A program made the translations under genes and the position numbers. DNA of 64,000 nucleotides from Zancudomyces culisetae HAW-14-8 (Eukaryota > Fungi > Kickxellomycota): the NCBI GenBank assembly GCA_052426225.1, contig JBNJNM010000009.1, forward strand, positions 434,001 to 498,000. Reading direction: 5' to 3'. The notes under the pieces are model-generated. The model was not told the origin of the DNA. It was given only the letters and a program-made list of their open reading frames with translations, and ran no database searches. Positions 60,266 through 64,000 of the stretch are shown here, piece by piece; within the stretch, counting starts at the first letter, position 1; each line of letters starts with the position of its first letter.

Positions 60266-62044
60266 TATGTTTCAAAAATGTCAAAAATATTGATTTTCAA
60301 CATTATATGTTTAAACTAGCTTTAAAATTTCGGAATATTAATTTTTTATATTTAAAAAAAACATAATTAATAATATATTTTTTGAAATATTTATTAACTA
60401 GATAAAAACTCATTAAATTATGATATACAAAATTTATGTGGTACGATTTTGTTATTTTTTCAAGAAATTACTTAATCTAATATAAATTCTTGAATTCGTA
60501 TCATAGATAAAATAATTTTACTTTAATAATATGAATATTTATAAACATTTTAAAAAATATATAGTTAAATAATGATATCTGAACAACGTAAGCTGGATAT
60601 AAAAAATGCGTTACTTGAAGGCAGAAGCATTGACCAAATCATTATAGAAAATGGAGTTAGTAATGCAACAATATACAGAATTAAAGCAGCAATGAATATC
60701 AATTTACCGGCTAATAGTCGCGGTCGTCCAGCGAAGATTTCACCCCAAAGCAAGCGAATATGTACTAGAATGATATTAGATGAAGAGTATAATCTGCTAC
60801 TTCGATACAAAAGAAGTTAGAACTGGATAATATCGTTAGTGCTAGTAAATTCTACATTATATAGGGCTTTTAGTGAACTTAAAGCCGCTGAAAAAAAAAA
60901 AACCTCCAAACCGAAACTGAGCCTTAAAATATTGTACAAAGGTTGAGATTCGCAAAATCTCATCGCCACTGGACTACTGATGATTGGAGACGAGTAATTT
61001 GGTCCGACGAAACTAAAATCAACCGATTTGGATCTGATGGAAATGAATGGACTTGGGTTCGTGATGGTGTGAGTCTACAGCCGCACAATATTAACCAGAC
61101 CGTAAAACACGGTGGTGGATCATTAATGATTTGGGGATGCATCACAGCATTTGGAACTGGCTACATGTGCCGAATAGAAGGAATGTTAAACAAGGAAGGT
61201 TATTTAAACATTTTAAAAGACGAGCTTAGCAATACAATAAAGTACTACAAGTTGGATCCCAAGTCAATAATATTTCAACATGACAATGATCCTAAACATA
61301 CCGCAAAGTTAGTTACCAGCTGGCTTGAAAACCAGGAATATAATACATTGGACTGGCCACCACAATCTCCAGACTTAAACCCAATCGAAACTATATGGGC
61401 AATCATCAAAAGACGCCTAAATAGATACAGTAAACCTCCGTCAGGGATGATCGAATTATGGGAGCGAATAGAAACGGAATGGAATTTAATTTCAGTGGAA
61501 ACAATACTTGGTCTTATATATAGTATGCCCAAAAGAGATGAGGCAGTTATCAAGTCTAAAGGAAGGTGGACAGATTTTTAAAGTTTTTTTTTGAAATATT
61601 CCCAAAATTGTCTCATTTTTAAAATTTTTTCAGTTTATAATTTTATAATGAATTGTTAACCAATAAAAATACAGTTTATATAAAATCGGAATATAACATA
61701 GTGCATTAAATAATATTTAAACATATAATTTCTGGATATTATTGAGCGAGATATTACACTTTGCAAATTATTTTCAATATTTTGAGACATTTTTGAATTT
61801 CATTGTATGTAGGAATTAAAATGTTTTTTTATAAATATTTCCAAATTGTCTCATATATTTAAATATTTTTATGTATAATTTCATTTTATATTTTTAATCA
61901 GTAAAACTACAGTTTACTAAAATTATAAAATAACATTTTTGAATTGAATAGTATTAAAAACATATTATTTCGGATATTATTGAGTGAGTTATTACATTAG
62001 GAAAATTCTGATCAATATTTTGAGACATTATTGAAACTCACAGT
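60263..62044 (+). mobile_element. Second Tc1-family element abutting the first, with two tandem right arms
   Basis: Left end CAGTATGTTTCAAAAATGTCAAAAATATTGAT; right ends ...TGAGACATTTTTGAATTTCATTG|TA (~61805) and ...TGAGACATTATTGAAACTCACAG|TA (~62043). Confidence 0.8.
60572..61581 (+). pseudogene. Tc1 transposase; DNA-binding region frameshifted, DD34E domain open
   Basis: HTH + GRP motif, VIWSDETK, FQHDNDPKH, SPDLNPIE with 34 residues between second D and E. Confidence 0.9.
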
Positions 62045-62332
62045 ACTTAATAATTGATAATAGCACCTTACTGTTATAGTTTACTTGTAGTTTTATTAGT
62101 ATTATATCAATATAAAAGGTATTTAATACATTCTACATACGGCAAACAGAACTATTGAAGTGATCCGAGACCTGAGTTTAACTGACATAATCAGTGCTAT
62201 ACCAAACTAGCCATTACATTAGCTAAAAAATATATAAGATAATTAATACATCTACGATTATTACAATATCATGATACTAATTCTGATATTAAAAAAATAT
62301 TATATTTATGAAAGATTATTTCATAAAAGAAA

Positions 62333-62403
62333 TGCCGTTGCCTGGAATCGAACCAAGGTCGACGCGACCACAACGCGATGTACTGCCACTATACTACAAC
62401 GGC
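62333..62403 (-). tRNA. tRNA-His (GTG)
   Basis: GCCGTTG TAGTATAGTGG...CGCG TTGTGGT CGCG...GGTTCGATTCC AGG CAACGGC A; T-rich tract downstream. Confidence 0.93.
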
Positions 62404-64000
62404 TTGTTGTGTGTTGTATAATTACATGTTTAAGGTCCTACTGAGTAATATAATTACACAGTATTATACAGGACGGGACTTTTATTATTATATATTAGGT
62501 CTATAATTATTTTGGGAGAAAAAGACAATTTATTAATTAATTCAAAACTAGACTATTTAATGCATAAAATAATACTAATTAAATTAACCAATAAAATACA
62601 AGGAAATACAGGTATATAATTCCACTATAAAACATGTGTCGTATTAGTTTTTATAGTATAGGTATGGACATTTTTTCCCACTGGGTTTTTCCTCATACAT
62701 TTGATTATTTTTATTAGTATTATTACCGTCTATTATTATCATCGCAATTTTATGTTTCAGAATAAATCAATGTAATTTATCTTAATGATAAATTACAATG
62801 TACCTCGTTAGTGAAAAACGGGGAAAAGATATGAGATGTTAATCAGGAATAGTTAAAACAAGATAAAACAAGGGGAAGAAGATAAGAAACACAATATTTA
62901 GTGAAACTTGTCAGTAAAACTCCAAAACCTGATACAAACGAGAATGTGAATCAAGGAGAAATAAAACTATATAAACCCTAGATTTTTGACAAAAGTGAAA
63001 GACATCATGATAACAACAACATTAATTTTATTAACAACTTTATTAATCTTTAAATCTATCTTTAATATAAATAACTTATAAATAAAAATATAAAATAAAT
63101 ATAAACATAAAAATATTTACAACAGTTGTGATAAAGAATTTGTATATTTATATAGAAAATCCGTTTATTTGATAGTTATGTTGGTTTTAGGGATATAAGT
63201 GGCGTAGAATCTACTTGTCGCTTCGATTAATGGGCTCACTTAATCTGTTATAATGATCTTAAAAATATCTACTAATGGCTAAATATTGCAAACTCTTAGT
63301 ATATGTGTTTATTTTCTGAAAAGATAAGATAAGAACCAAAACTTACTATCGAAATTTCTCACTAAAAAAACCTAACAAAAATTGCCAAGGAAAAAAGAGT
63401 CCAATTTCTAAAATAATTTTGATTACGTATTTCTATTGAATATCTTCAATTTCCATACACTAATTTTATAAAGTATAAAATATTATACGACAGTTGATGT
63501 GTTAGCGATTTAGGTTGTTAAGCGCTATAAAGAATAATTTTACTATGTTAACTAATATATACTAAGTACTATTTTTAATCAAGTTTTCGCTATATATGTT
63601 AAAGACTTTAGTAAATAGACCAAACTATGTTTATGTGATTTATTTGATAACGCAGTTGTTTGTGGCTCTGTTTAAGGGTTTTAGTTTTAATATCTTTTAT
63701 TTAATAAATTAATGTTATCTTAGTTCTCTTCCCTAAAAGTGAGTGTGTAAAAAAATATCTCCTAAAATATGTCCAAAAAAGAAAAATAAAAAAGATAAGT
63801 AAAGACTTCATAAAAACTCCGAGTTACCCCGTACAAAAACTTCCATCAATACTTAATCATAATGTTACTAATACTAAATAATAATAATAATTTAGATGAA
63901 ACAGGGGCAAAATTGGCTTAGTGAAATAATATCCACTCTCCCCTCCCGAAAGGCGACTTAAAACAAAGTTTTAAGTTCTCATTTCATATTTTGAAATGCG

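Noticed and set aside
62404-64000. Possible further TE relics in the AT-rich tail
   Set aside because: No ORF, terminal repeat or motif I could support

Overview
AT-rich eukaryotic (fungal) nuclear DNA with GT-AG introns. The gene style resembles an early-diverging fungus such as a Harpellales insect-gut fungus; this is inference only. Core genes: a Tel1/ATM-like kinase running off the left edge (missed by the ORF track), NDC1-like nucleoporin, PAF-acetylhydrolase, a C2H2 transcription factor, Pmp3, prephenate dehydratase, YSH1/CPSF73, a B-type cyclin, a pfkB/pseudouridine-kinase-like gene and tRNA-His. Two accessory islands (~13-26.3 kb, all genes on -; ~50.9-56.9 kb, all on +) carry catalytically dead trypsin homologues, F-box-like/ankyrin genes (one intact, two broken, sharing near-identical patches), a small secreted peptide precursor and a 33-Cys metallothionein-like gene. 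The most unusual signal is a degenerate ~35-bp motif (approx. AAGAAC..ATACCC-NNN-GGG.GTTGGTTCAAGG) that recurs between these co-oriented genes in a fixed orientation, with protease and ankyrin units in opposite order at the two loci, suggesting shuffled gene cassettes. The right end holds a possible solo LTR and two abutting, decayed Tc1 (DD34E) elements with unusual long arms. All alignments were done by eye.
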